A DNA stretch of 64,000 bases from the human T2T-CHM13v2.0 reference genome, Homo sapiens: the NCBI RefSeq assembly GCF_009914755.1, contig NC_060928.1, one strand, 5' to 3'. A program made the translations under genes and the position numbers. Positions within the stretch are counted from its first letter, which is position 1; every line of letters starts with the position of its first letter. The notes under the pieces are model-generated. The model was not told the origin of the DNA. It saw only the letters and a program-made list of their open reading frames with translations, and made no database searches. Shown piece by piece: positions 47,305 through 61,380 of the stretch.

Positions 47305-50015
47305 GTATGTCCATTTAACCTCTTTTCATTATATTTTCAAATGATATTACCAACTTCCAATGTAACATATTAACAGACTTTCCTTAGACTCTGCCATTCA
47401 GTGGGGATAATACATCTTAATACTATTTAACTCTTCCTTTGTAGTTGTGGAAATTATTATTGAGATTTTATTTATGTCTGGTTTTTTCAACAGGTGACTT
47501 TTAAGATTATTACACATTCCTGGCTGGTTATATGCTCAATTAACTTTAGTTAAATTACAACCAAGTTGAATTCTCTGAATAAGTCAGAATTTATTCTAGG
47601 GTTGTAACTTCTCACATGGAGAAATCCTCCTAATGTTTTTAAGAAAGATAGTTATCTTAACCCTAGTGAACCTTGTCTGGCCCAATAGTAAACCCCCTCG
47701 TAGCAACTGTTATTTGAATCTCAGAGGTACAGAGACTTACTGGATTTTATGAACTAGTCCCAGGACTTTCCGCAATTTTAGATTTTTAGTGTACAGCTCT
47801 CTATAAAGTTAGAAAATGATTTTTAGAAAATAATATGTTTATGGAAGATAGTTAGTGATAAAGGCATATTTTGATTTTGGACCTAGTTGGGACACCTGAA
47901 CATTAAAGTTCCATTGGCAGACTTCAGAGATGAATAAAAAATATTAATATGTTCAGGTGTTTGTTTTCCTAGTGCTATTCAGGAACTACTGATACCTTTA
48001 GTTCATCTTTAGGCTAAAGTATAGTCTCAGCAAAACAGTATTTATAAAGTTACCAAGGTCCTGATGGATCTGGATAATCTTCAACCCTGAGACCATTCCT
48101 AGACCTAATGGTTAGTTGATTGGCTTCCTCTGAAACCAAGAGATATCACTAAGATTTCCAGATTATATGTTCTCCAGACCACCCACATCTTCTCAAGATT
48201 GTCAGGACCAAGAAATTACCTGGGTTTAACTTACCTTCCCCCAGTGGAAATGCTGGCAGAGCCCATGTCTGAAGGAAACCTTAGATTGATTAATTATAAA
48301 TCCAGTTTTGGACCGTTTTGAAAAGGTGACAAGTCAAATAATCACACAGCAGTCAACTCTATGTAATTTGCCAAGCTACCACACTAACCCACATATATAG
48401 AACGAGCTGTGATTAGTTCATTTTTAAAGATTTGTGGGAATAGAGAATAGTTTGCATTCCCATGGAAATTATTCCTATATTTAATAGCATTCATTTTTCC
48501 TGAAGTTCTTTCTCTAACACAAAACTATTTTTTTTAACTCTCCTTTTTTCTTCTACTAACCTCTGGGGAAGTGGAAAAGTTACTATTTGGTCTTCTCATA
48601 TCTCACAACTGAGTTCTCTCAAGCACATTTCTTATCCAGTCCATCCATTAACACTTGGAGAGAATCAAATATTCTTTGTATGTGTTTCAAGACTATACAT
48701 CTTTCTTAGATATTAAATCATCTATACTATCACTTTTCATAATTAATATGAACCTCTAACCTATCTCTGGCATTTTTTGTGTGTGATATTTGCTGCCTTT
48801 GGGTGTTTTATTATAGGTAGTGGTTCTGTAGTTCTTTTGACTGATCAACTAAGAAGATTCTTTCTTTCATGTTTATGCTTGAATCAGTGAGAGAGTTTTA
48901 CAACTATGGAGTTCAGTGTCTTTGCAAATTCCTTGACAGTGGTTAAGTGGCATGTTTGTTAGGGGAAAAAAAAAATGTTCTCCAAGTATTTGAAGAGTTA
49001 CCAGGTATACTACTGATAATGAAGATACTAGTTTGTTGCTACTGTATCTTTAGCTCCTCTCTAATACTTACTAATTTCTGTTTCTAACAAAGAAAACAGG
49101 TTTAATCCTGGAGCTTTCATTGGCAACAATATCTAGCTAGAATTTAACAATGTTGTTATATTTCTAAAATTTCTTTGAATTTATATAAATAAGAAAAGTC
49201 CATTGAAAAATTTATAAATAACCAAGGCTAGAAATTGTAAAGATGACAGGATTGAAGTCTGGGTAATACTCTGTTATTACAACTTTTGAAAGCCTACTAA
49301 ATTTGGCTTTTCCATGACTATTTCCGTATTTGAAGTAAAGACAAGGAACATGAAGTAGAATAATCTGCACAGTAGCCAAGAGCTAGAGTACAGTCTAACT
49401 GGACTTAAGTGGTTCTCCAGAGACATTAGTCTTAGATCCCCGACATGTTGAACACTGGTCTCTTAAGGCATGGGTCACCAGCAAGCCTTACCATATAGGT
49501 CACAAATTGGAGTATGCTCTCTTCCACAAAAGACATTCAGTTTTCAAGAAATTTCAGAGTGATAAAACTGATTTGATGATTCTCCTACTTTCTCTATATT
49601 TGGCACAAATCACCATCTCTAAATATCAATGTGTTTTATCTCTCAACCCAGCAGTTATGTTACCAGTACCTTTCCATCTCACATTTTCTTTAATTTTCCA
49701 CAACTTCTATTCAGCCTTTATGCCACCCAGACTCTACTTGACTGAATCCTGGCTCTTATCATTATATATTAATAAAAAAATTATTGTTAAACTTTCATTT
49801 TCTTGTATCCAATAGAGTAGAACACATATTTATTATTTCCTTTTCAAACAGTTTTGGTGTTTGTAAACATTACCATAAATTCAAAATATCAATAATCTTA
49901 TCAAAGGAATCTGTTTCCCTTGTTAATGACTGATATATACAATCTAGATTTAGGCTACAATTTCTGAAAGTGGCAAACGATGTTAATTTATTTCTTGCAT
50001 TTGTTTATAATAATA

Positions 50016-50344
50016 CAGTCATGTGCCATGTAACGATTTTTCAGTCAACAACTGACCACGAGCAATGGTGGTCCCATAAGATTATAATGTTGTATCTTTA
50101 CCACACCTTTTCTGTGTTTAGATGTATACTACACAAACAATTGCCTACAGTATTTAGTACAGTAGTATGCTGTACAGGTTTGAAACCTAGGAGCAATAGG
50201 CTACATCATATAGCCTAGGTGTGTAGTAGTAAGCTAGCCCATCTAAGTTTGTTTAAGTACACTTCAGGATGTTTGCACAATGACAAAATCGCCTCATGAT
50301 GTATTTCTTGGAACATGTCTTTATTGTTAAGTGATGCATGACTA
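50016..50344. mobile_element. Tigger3/MER7-like Tc1-mariner fossil
   Basis: TA|cagtcatg...gcatgacta|TA termini; internal ctaggagcaataggcta...tatagcctaggtgtgtag. Confidence 0.8.
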
Positions 50345-50453
50345 TATAGGATTATATTCATATTAGATGTAAGTCAATATCCAGTGCCTAACAAGAAATA
50401 TAAATAATATCTCTACTTACTATAATTATGAATACCCTTGGTTAATATTGTAG

Positions 50454-50616
50454 AAAAAGAAAATCACATTGCAAAATACATCAGATGGAATAAAACATGG
50501 CTTCCAGACAGACAACAGTAAGATATGCCAGTACCTGCTGCACCTCTGCTCTTACCAGCATAAGTTCCAGCTACAGATGAGAGCAAGACAGAGCAACCAA
50601 GATGCCCAAGATATTG
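50454..50616 (+). CDS. PTPN13: PTPN13 coding exon (probable exon 17, 163 nt), FERM end: KKKITLQNTSDGIKHGFQTDN...SNQDAQDI
   Basis: ttgtag| acceptor, TTG|gtaagg donor. Confidence 0.96.
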
Positions 50617-50982
50617 GTAAGGAGAAGCAGACTATTTCAGATGACTCCTGGGAATATGAATAATTTTTGCCACCAAGTTTTAAAAGAACTGCCATGATTA
50701 GGATGAAAACTTACAATGTATATACATGTTAAATAGCTAAATCAAGTCTATAAAGGTGTTACAAGTGAAGCCAATATTTCAATTTCATGTTCACCCTGAG
50801 AGAATACTCCTAGGGAGTACCTGTTGAAGTGTCCATTTTGTGCTTAGCAATGATAGGCTAGTTGATGTAAACATTATAAACATTTGGGCCATGTTCTCTA
50901 CCCTCAGTAAGCTTATCCAATATTTGGAAGGGTAAGACCAACATGCTTGAAACAGCAATACACAATAGAAGTTCAGGATTTC

Positions 50983-51295
<313 letters not shown>

Positions 51296-51956
51296 TTATA
51301 TTGAACAGACTTTATGACCTATACTGTTAGAAGAGGGAAATCAGAGACTAGAGTACTGGACAGGTGGCACTTGAATTGGATATAAAGGATAAAAATAATG
51401 CAAGTAGTTTGGAGATAAATGGAAGGGCTTTAGAGATGAGGGAAAAAACACAGGAAACAAGGCAGAGGATGGGGGAAGTATGCACCCAGAACAGGACAGT
51501 GAAGAGACACACTGTATAGTCTTCTGGGTGGCAGATTTACTACCTATTAGTTTTACTTGGGTGCATCCCTGTTCTGAGATTGAGATGAATAATCATAGTA
51601 CCCAATGTAAATGGTCAGGAGAATGGTTTATTTTCTTTTGAAAAGGAGCCAGCAGAAGAAACTCATCTGACTCTGGAAAAAATATCTCAATCAGAACTGA
51701 AATATTTAAATTTCAGAGAGATAAAACTGATTTGGTGATTTCTGCAATTAGAGATTAAAATTATACAAAATCTAATTCTACATAGTAAATTCTTATAGGT
51801 ATAAGTGAAACAGTCAGAAGTATGTGATTTAAAAATTTAATGGAATAGCACTGATGACCTTGTGCAGCAGGGTCCTATGAATTCTTTACCCAAACTGTTT
51901 CACATTCAAAAAATGTTTTCCCCATAAGGGCAGACTGGGGCGATGGCAACCTATGA

Positions 51957-52425
51957 CTAGATGTTTCTCAACCTTTCAGAATCATGATAGGGGTGGAGGT
52001 TGTATGCTGATTTAAAATGAAGATTCCAGGAACCTACGTAAAACTCAGAGAGCTACAGTCTTTGGGAATTTGTTCCCTAAAATCTGTACTTTAACAGGCT
52101 TTCCTCAGTAATGTTTTTTTTTGTTTTGTTTTTTCTTTTATTTGATACGGAGTTTCGCTCTTGTCAAAATCTTGTTTGGGTGCAATCTTGGCTCACTGCA
52201 ACATTCGCCTTCTGGTTTCAAGCGATTTTCCTGCCTCAGCCTCCAGACTAGGGGATTACAGGCACCCGCCACCACGCCCAGCTAATTTTTGTATTTTTAG
52301 TAGAGACGGGGTTTCACTATGTTGGCCAGGCTGGTCTCAAACTCCTGACCTTCGTGATCTGCCCGCCTCGGCCTCCCAACTCAGTAATGATTTTTACACA
52401 TGCTAAAATACAATAACCACTGCTA
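51957..52425. mobile_element. Probable MER5-type DNA transposon fossil interrupted by an Alu
   Basis: gtttctcaacctt...aatctgtactttaacagg...gattttta...aaccactgct resembles MER5 termini. Confidence 0.5.
52114..52379 (-). mobile_element. 5'-truncated AluS-like SINE
   Basis: Antisense Alu ending at gcctcccaa; TSD ctcagtaatg at 52104-13 and 52380-89. Confidence 0.88.
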
Positions 52426-52669
52426 TAATATCATTATTCTCTTTCTGCTTTGCTCTGCTAGAAAGTTTATATGCTCATATATTTTCAAAGTATAGTGAAA
52501 TATCAGACCTATTAGAGCCATCAGCATTCTTACTTTGACTAATATTCTATTCAGTACAATCCATAACAACTGAAGATTACTTCATTATAGTTGTTGTATA
52601 GTGAACAGAATCAGAAGACAAAAGTTTGAAGTTAGTCTGTCATCCTCAACATTTCTTATACTGAAGAAC

Positions 52670-52910
52670 AATATGGTATAGCAGTTAAGAGCATGAGCTC
52701 AGGAGCCAAATTGCCAGTGGCAAATTAGGCTCTGTCACTTACAAGCCCTAAAACTTTGGGCAAGCTACTTAAACTCTTTGCCTTAGTTACTTTATCTATA
52801 GAATGATTGCCATAAGATAATACCTATATCAGAAAGTTGTGAAAAGGAAATGAATTCATACGTGTAGAATCCTTTAAAACTACCTGGCACAAAGTATTCA
52901 GTAAATATTT
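52670..52910 (+). mobile_element. MIR SINE
   Basis: tatagcagttaagagcatg...ctctgtcacttac...tgggcaagctacttaaactct. Confidence 0.75.
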
Positions 52911-53017
52911 ACTGAAGTATTCATTATCATTGTCATCACCATCATCAACAATGTTTTACCTCTAGAAGATAGTACTACTACTATACTATATGCTGCTATA
53001 CTATGTAATAGCGGTAA

Positions 53018-53036
53018 TAGTAGCAGCAGCAGCAGC

Positions 53037-53083
<47 letters not shown>
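53018..53083. repeat. Trinucleotide repeat (TAG)2(CAG)4 CGG (CAG)11 (TAG)4
   Basis: Counted directly. Confidence 0.97.
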
Positions 53084-54152
53084 ATGAATGAATGACCTTA
53101 GGAAAGTAAGTGACTTTTTAGAATCTCAGTTTCTTCATCCATGGAGTGGGGCTGGGAATAATGTTGTATATATAGATATAACAGGTTTACCCCCAGGATC
53201 ACAACAGCTATGTATCCTTGCCCTCAAAAGTGAAAGCACTTTAAGATGGTGTGATCTATATTTTTCCCCTTGGCTTATAAGTAACTGTCTGCCTGTTTAT
53301 TTGTACTACAAGTGAAAACAACTGGTGTTATCTGTGGGCGGTTAATGGGCTAACAAATGTATGCTGCTTCTTTAGAGTCATAGAATATTGATGCTAGAAA
53401 GAACCTTACAGGTCATTAAGTTCAAAATTTTACTAATGGCAAAACAGGTTCAGAGAAGATAGTGTTTTGCCCTCATGTCATATATAGAGGTCTCTTAATT
53501 CCTAATCCAGGGTACTTTCTGTTTGATGAGTTTCCCAAGAACTGATTTGCATGGATTTAAGATTAATCAATTATTGAGCATTTACTATTTATAAGTGCAC
53601 ACTACTATGGGATAAGAGAATAAATGAAGTCCCTCTCATAAAAAGAGAATATGATTAAGCTGGAGATATAAGGAAGCACAAAATGGTACCAGGGACTGAA
53701 CAATAGCAGAAACAGATTAGGAAGTATGGATTGCAGACAGTGTGGAGCTAGCGAGCCTTTGTGTTCAAATTTGAAACATTAGTATTAGGATACAGGCTCA
53801 TTCTAATCTATGTTGGAGTTCTTTCCAGGTAAAAGGCAGTAGGAAAGACCAGATAAATGGTTGGTTTATGATCCCATCCCATATCCAAGAGTAGGCTACA
53901 AATGGATTTGAATAGCATACTCCCTAATATGTTCACAAAACTGACTAAACTGAGCCTGCTATCCTTATTCCTGCCAAAGTTTGGTCCACATTTTCTTTAA
54001 GGATGGAGAAACCTATTGGGTGTAAAGGCATTTCCTTCTGAAGACTTTATTTTGCTTCTTTGATTACAGGCTACTCGTAAAGTAAATGAAAATAGAATAG
54101 CATTATTTGCTCTAATAAAAACTATATTTTGAGGTAAAGATGATTATGGAAA

Positions 54153-54442
<290 letters not shown>

Positions 54443-54729
54443 TGATTATGGGAATTTTTAACAAAGGTGTATTTTTAAAAGTCTTTGTTTTTTAAGGTCT
54501 TGTTATAACTTGGTGCCCACTTCCACTTCAGAGAGAGATCATTGAATTTTCCTAGTGACAATGAGGCATGTTTCTTTAAACTTCATTCTGATGCATGAAT
54601 ATTAAAAACCTTTAATGTTTTCCTACCTCTTTATGCCTGAGAGAAAATATCAATTATTAATCTTCCTAGGAAGTAGAAGATAAATGAAACAATCCAAGAA
54701 TCTAAGTCAGTAATCATTTGATATTTTCT

Positions 54730-54797
54730 TTCTTCCTTCTCTCCTCCCTCCCTCCTCCTCTGTCTCCTCTTCCTCCTCCTCCTCCTTTTTCTTCATC

Positions 54798-54828
<31 letters not shown>

Positions 54829-54829
54829 C
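54730..54829. repeat. (TCC)n followed by (CAT)~9 microsatellite
   Basis: Directly visible. Confidence 0.9.
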
Positions 54830-55957
54830 CTGGCACCCTTGAGGGAGACATTTTCTTTATAAAAGGAAGTTTTCCCAGTTGTTGTATGTAGCAGTCAAAC
54901 TTAGTTCTGTGTAGAATGCAACAACATAGAATTGCTGCTTTCCAGAGGGCATCAAAGGGAGTGCCTTGTGATGTGGGTCACTAACTGCATGAAAAACTAA
55001 ATCATTTGAAATCCTTTGCTCCTATTCTTCATTTACATATGCTGCATTGCTTTTGTTATTAGCCTCAAATATTAAAATATCACTGTGACATTGGTTCCTA
55101 CAAAATAGAATAGCCAAACACTTGTTATAAAGTATCTGTAAATTTAGCCTCTATAAGAGAACTTTGGATGTGTATTTGGGAGTGAAAGAAATTGAAGCAT
55201 AAAGAGATGCCCAGCTCCCTGATCATGTTAATTTACAGATACTGAAACAGACAGATTAGTACTGTTTGATTCTCCCATTCCTCTGTTGCCTCAGATAAAT
55301 CCTTAAGTCAGCCCAGTGAGAAGGTGGGTTTGGCATAGTAGTGAAATAACAAAAGGAATAATTTGCCATAAATGCTTTTTCTTTGTAACAGCATTATTGA
55401 GATACAATTCAATACCATACATTCATCCATTTAAAGTATGCAATTCACCATCACCGCAATCTGCCTTAAGCTTTAAAAACTGTCTGGGCAAAACCCCTCT
55501 GCATAGCTTTTTCAGGTGTGTATTCACCATCTCAGCCCATCTAGGTTTCGTCTCTCCCTCTCCCTATCCTTGGGTGCTGATATTTTAGCAGAGACAGTAC
55601 TAGGTTTGAAAATTTCTGTGTTAAATGTCATTCTCATTTCTAACTGAAACCTATAAGGAATTTGGTGTCAGCAAGCCTGAGCCCCAAACATTGTTGAGTC
55701 CAAGAAAATCATTAGATGAAGCAGGAAATGTTGAGTAGGCTGCAACTAAGAGAAAGCTAAAGAGATGAAAATATGTTATGAAAACCAGATCTTCAACCCT
55801 CCTTTTTAAAACCCTGATTGCCACACTTTGAAAGCTACCTACTTATGCTGGCAATCAAAATGATTAAAAACTGCATGCTGCTTATTTATTAACATAATTA
55901 TTCTCATAAAAGTACTGTGGCGTTACCATCATGTAAAGCAATCCTATTTCCTTGTAG

Positions 55958-56375
55958 AGAGAGCTTCGTTTAGGAGCCTGAATCTCCAAGCAGAGTCTGT
56001 TAGAGGATTTAATATGGGACGAGCAATCAGCACTGGCAGTCTGGCCAGCAGCACCCTCAACAAACTTGCTGTTCGACCTTTATCAGTTCAAGCTGAGATT
56101 CTGAAGAGGCTATCCTGCTCAGAGCTGTCGCTTTACCAGCCATTGCAAAACAGTTCAAAAGAGAAGAATGACAAAGCTTCATGGGAGGAAAAGCCTAGAG
56201 AGATGAGTAAATCATACCATGATCTCAGTCAGGCCTCTCTCTATCCACATCGGAAAAATGTCATTGTTAACATGGAACCCCCACCACAAACCGTTGCAGA
56301 GTTGGTGGGAAAACCTTCTCACCAGATGTCAAGATCTGATGCAGAATCTTTGGCAGGAGTGACAAAACTTAATAA
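55958..56375 (+). CDS. PTPN13: PTPN13 coding exon (probable exon 18, 418 nt): (E)RASFRSLNLQAESVRGFNMGRAIST...AGVTKLN(N)
   Basis: ttgtag| acceptor, TAA|gtaaga donor; matches ORF 56014-56379. Confidence 0.96.
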
Positions 56376-56514
56376 GTAAGAACATATTAACTAACCCAAT
56401 TACATATTTGTAAATTCTACATTTCATACGTTTCTTTTTGTTATGACATTTTATTATTTTCACCATATTTTTTTACATTAACACTTCCCTCCTACCTTCC
56501 TTTTCCCTCTTCAG

Positions 56515-56612
56515 TTCAAAGTCTGTTGCGAGTTTAAATAGAAGTCCTGAAAGGAGGAAACATGAATCAGACTCCTCATCCATTGAAGACCCTGGGCAAG
56601 CATATGTTCTAG
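56515..56612 (+). CDS. PTPN13: PTPN13 coding exon (probable exon 19, 98 nt): SKSVASLNRSPERRKHESDSSSIEDPGQAYVL
   Basis: Strong pyrimidine tract with cag| acceptor, TAG|gtcagc donor. Confidence 0.95.
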
Positions 56613-56819
56613 GTCAGCAAAAACAAGCTTACCTTCTTTGTCCCATACCTCATGCTCAGAGGGAAGTGAACAAGATCATCTTAATTATCAAATTATTTTG
56701 GGTTCCATGTCCTAATTGCCAAAACTGAATATAAATTTTAGGCTACTTAAAATGCACCAAATCAAATTACCACTTGATTTAACAAGTGATTGCTTCATGG
56801 TACAGACTATTAGCTTCTC

Positions 56820-57135
<316 letters not shown>

Positions 57136-57404
57136 TGACAGTCTTACTAAGACTGTCATGTGCCATTACTTTGGATTACCTTTTTTGGCTTTTCCTTTCA
57201 AGCCGATGTGAATGAACTCTGGTAATGCTATAGTTTTGGAGAAGCATTTACTTAGAATGCTTTCAGCTTAGCAGGAACAAAATTGTCTCTAAAACCTTAG
57301 ATAATTTTATGAAATGTGCTATGGTTGATAGGTAGAAGTTTTTAAGTTGATTTCAGTTTCTTCAAATTCTCCCAGATAGCAGGGCATATTATTTAAGTGA
57401 AATT

Positions 57405-57465
57405 GTATGTATGTGTGTGTGTGTGTGTGTGTGCATGCACATGTGCATATATATCTATATATATG
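57405..57465. repeat. (TG)n / (TA)n microsatellite
   Basis: Directly visible. Confidence 0.9.
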
Positions 57466-58496
57466 CACCTTTTAAGATGCTTACCTTTTATACATGCTAC
57501 CTTTTAAGATAAATAGTTCAGGTTTCCTGTTGCCTTGTGCAACTTAAAAGGGAAACGCACTGGAGTCGATCTTTGAAAAGAATGGATGTTTAAGCACAGA
57601 GATCTGAACTACTACTCAAAATATGAAACAGCGTGGGAAACAAAAGGGAAATGAGGACTGTTTCCCTTCTGTTGTCTTACGAAATACTACTAAACTCTCT
57701 TCTTAGGCTCAAGGTTTGTTAATTTATCTCTAATTACCCAAAGTTTAAAAGCTTTTTTTATTCTATAATTGGATTCAGGGTATGTCGAGTAAATGAAGAC
57801 AAAAGACAATTCTGCATTATAATACATAAATATTTATGGAAGCAACATTACTTTATTAATGTAGGCTTTCGCAACTTTCAGAGACTATACTATCAATTTA
57901 ATTTCAGTCAGTTAAAAAAACTTAGATAAAAGGCAAGATTTCATTCTATAGGTAACTCTGTGTTGAAAATAGGCTAAGAGATTGATTTGATCTTTTAGGA
58001 AATACTTTTCAAAGTGTTCACATATAACGGGGCCTCATACATTCTAAACTATTTTCATTAAGAAGGCTTTGGTCTACATGAAAATTCATTACATATCCGA
58101 AGGAAAATAGTAAATACTCTATAGAAAACATAAAACACTCTTAAAGGAAATTTTTCTGCATTTTGTATTTATTCATTCTTACTGAATAATGAATATTCTT
58201 TTAACACTTGAACAAATGAAAAACTCATTCCAGTTTCATCATTTCATATTTGATATATCAAAGTATTGTCAGAAACAATATATTTGTGTTTAAATTTATG
58301 CTGCAAAATAAGTTATTATGCTTAGCTACTATTTAAAATAGTGAAAATGCCCATTGGAGGATGTTTTCTCAGTGTAAATACAAAATGTTGCTGCCTTATT
58401 GTTCTATTGATTTTTATGAGCTTATCAGAAGAAATCACTTCGATATCTAGCATCTGACCATCTTATGAAATGTCTAATATTTAATTTATGCCACAG

Positions 58497-58553
58497 GAAT
58501 GACTATGCATAGTTCTGGAAACTCTTCATCCCAAGTACCCTTAAAAGAAAATG
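58497..58553 (+). CDS. PTPN13: PTPN13 alternatively spliced cassette exon (probable exon 20, 57 nt, phase 1-1): GMTMHSSGNSSSQVPLKEN
   Basis: ccacag| acceptor, ATG|gtaggt donor. The 19 codons match the difference between the known 2485- and 2466-aa isoforms (recalled). Confidence 0.92.
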
Positions 58554-59869
58554 GTAGGTTTACAAAATGTTTTTCCCCTCATTTCCATCATTTCTTGTAC
58601 CTTACTGAGATAGTCTTGGACCTAACAATGAAGAGTCTTGAGTTCCATGCCTAGGATTTGATCTTACATTGAAGTTAAAGGAGAGTTGTATTTTTCAGCA
58701 TCATAATGATGTAATGGGACCTCTGATTTAGGCTAATGTTGATGAAATGACAAATTAGAGATAAGGACACTAATTGGGAAGCTAAGATAATAGTTCAGGT
58801 GGGAGATAATTTCTATTAAAAAGAGTTTTAACTGAGGCAGTTATTTTAAAGGGATGCTGGAGCTGAATTTTAGAGGGAAAGGAGGATTCATTCAGACGGA
58901 ACAATAAAGATAAGCATTCCAGATCAAGGGCATAGCATGGTCAGAGACATGGAATCATGAGAAAAGAAATTTAGGGAACTGCAGGAGTCTCAGTATGGTG
59001 GCATGTGGGGGCCAGGGTAAAGTTTGAGAACTAAGTAGGGACCAGTTTTTAATCTTATGCTAAATATTATGAGGATATTTTGAAGACTTTAAATGCTGAG
59101 ATTATAGTTTAGAAGGAATCTAAGAAACAAAATCGTAGGCAGAAGACCAGAAATGTCCAGTGACTTGAACATCACTGGCTTTAAAATTTTTAGAATTTAG
59201 ATTGCAAAGTATTTTCATATACATTATCTTATTTGATCTTTCTAACAACTTTCATGAGTAGAAAATAATGTTTTATTACTATCCATACACTACTTTCCTC
59301 CAAAAATGTTTCAGTCTTGGACTCTTAAAGTTGAAATAATTAAAAGCCTGATGAGAAAGAAGCCATTATGTTAATTAAAATTATTAATACAGCTAAACTT
59401 GATGAAGTTGTAAATTTAGTTTCAATATTCCTGTAGCCAGGGTAAAACAGAAGGCATAAGACTGAACTATATAGAATTGCTGGGTATTTTTAGGTCAAAA
59501 CTGTCAAACACCAGAGTGCTATTTTGTATGATTCTCATTCTCTAATAAAAATACACATACTAATTCTTTAAGACAGAAAAAATTTTCTTGGAATTAAAAT
59601 TGCTTTTAAAAGTAAAACTACACACAATGTCTTAAATACTCATAGCAAATCAAGATGAGGTTTCTTTCCTTCTCATTTTATTTTTGAATGTATCCTCGAA
59701 AAATATGAGGGCCTATCATTAAAGAAAAAATTATTGAACTTATACTTGGACGTAAATTGCTAATCCTGTTATATAGCTTTCTAGTGATCAAACTCCTTAC
59801 ATGGACTGAATTTAGAATGCCTATATACCTGAAATACCTTAGTTATTAACATGTCCATATGGTAGTAAT

Positions 59870-60110
59870 TATTGACTAACAGTTATTTAGTGCTTACTAT
59901 GTGTCAAGCACTGTTCTAAGCACTTTTTATTATTTCTCATTTAATGCCCACAACAACCCTATGAGGTAGGTGTTAATGTTATTTTTTTTCACACGTAAGA
60001 AACCAAAGCATAGAGAGTTAAGTTGTACAGAAGGTCACAAAGTTAGCAGGTGGTAGAGCCGTGATTTGAACAAAGGCAATCTGTTTCTAGAGTCTACACT
60101 CTAATCTACT
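59870..60110 (-). mobile_element. MIR SINE
   Basis: tgcttactatgtgtcaagcactgttctaagcacttt...caacaaccctatgaggtagg...aaggtcaca. Confidence 0.8.
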
Positions 60111-61034
60111 CTTTAGACCTCCTCATAATGTGATCATGCCTAAGTATTATTTCTCCCTGCTAAACTTTTGAAAGAAGCTGGATAATAATCTATTCAAGTA
60201 TGATAATTTTAAATGTGTTTTAGCTTAGATTATGATGAAAAAGAATATGAATGTACATTGGATAGCCAATGAGCATGAATTTACATTGGTTAGTTTCTCT
60301 ATTTAAACCTTCAGAAGGCTTAAAGTCTCACCTGCCCTGGACAGTAGGGCCAATCCACCTTCATATAGAGGTATGCCTCAGTTAGCTTGCAAACAAGGCT
60401 ATATTTTCTTCAAAACGCTCTTTGAATCTGGCCAAGTAGCCTGAATTAGTACTCTGTTGAGAATCAAGTTTTCACATAATACAGCATGGCAAACATGTTT
60501 TTGCAAATAGTGTAACTAAGGATCAAAAAGTAAAATTACTTGCCCATGCCTCAAATATGGGACCTCTTACTCTAATTTCAATGTTCTTCCTGCTGGTCAA
60601 GATTATTAGATGAAAATTATAAATGGACATCAGTTAATATTAAATTATTCATCACTTAGAACAAGGATGAATGTATTATATTCGCTCTTACCTTTTATGG
60701 CCTCCAGAGATTCTTAAAGAATGTGAAATTTGAAAGAAAAGATAAAAAAGTCATGATTCTTCTAATCTCACACTTTGAAAAGGTGATATGGAAAGGATTC
60801 TAATCCCTTGATAAATTGTGATTTCAAAAACAAAAGTTGCTCAACTTAAAAAAAAAAACACTGGTTATTTTCCTTTGTAAGAGTAAAAACAAAAATATGT
60901 AAAAACTTTTCCAAGAATTATGTAAAATTGATTTTAATGTTTCTTGTTTTACTGTAATTATTATACAGCAATTGAAAAGTAACTTTTAGCTAAGTTTGTC
61001 ATGTTGCTTCCTGAAGTGTCCAAACCACGAACTA

Positions 61035-61380
61035 TAGATGGTCACCGACTTATCATGGTTTGACTTTACAGTGGTGCAAAAGAAATAAGCACTCAGTAAA
61101 AATTGTACTTTGAGTACCCTTACAACCCTTCTGTTTTTCACTTTCAGTACAGTATTCAGTAAATTACATGAGATAGTAACCACCTTATTGTAAAATAGGC
61201 TTTGTTTTAGATGATTTTGTCCAACTATAAGTTAACATAAGTGTTCTGAGCATATTTAAGTTAGGCTAGGCTAAAGCTGGGATGTTTAGTAGGTTAGATG
61301 TATTAAATGCATTTTTGACTTAGGGTATTTTCAACTTTTGATGGGTTTGTTGGGATGTTTAAAACTCACCACAGTTAAGT
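61035..61380. mobile_element. MER47A/Tigger5-like Tc1-mariner fossil
   Basis: ttttcactttcagtacagtattc...taagtgttctgagca...aggctaggctaaagct...gtattaaatgcatttt. Confidence 0.78.

Noticed and set aside
47305-47315. Possible U12-type intron (gtatgtcc after exon 16)
   Set aside because: It does not match the strict U12 donor GTATCCTT, so it is a weak U2 donor.
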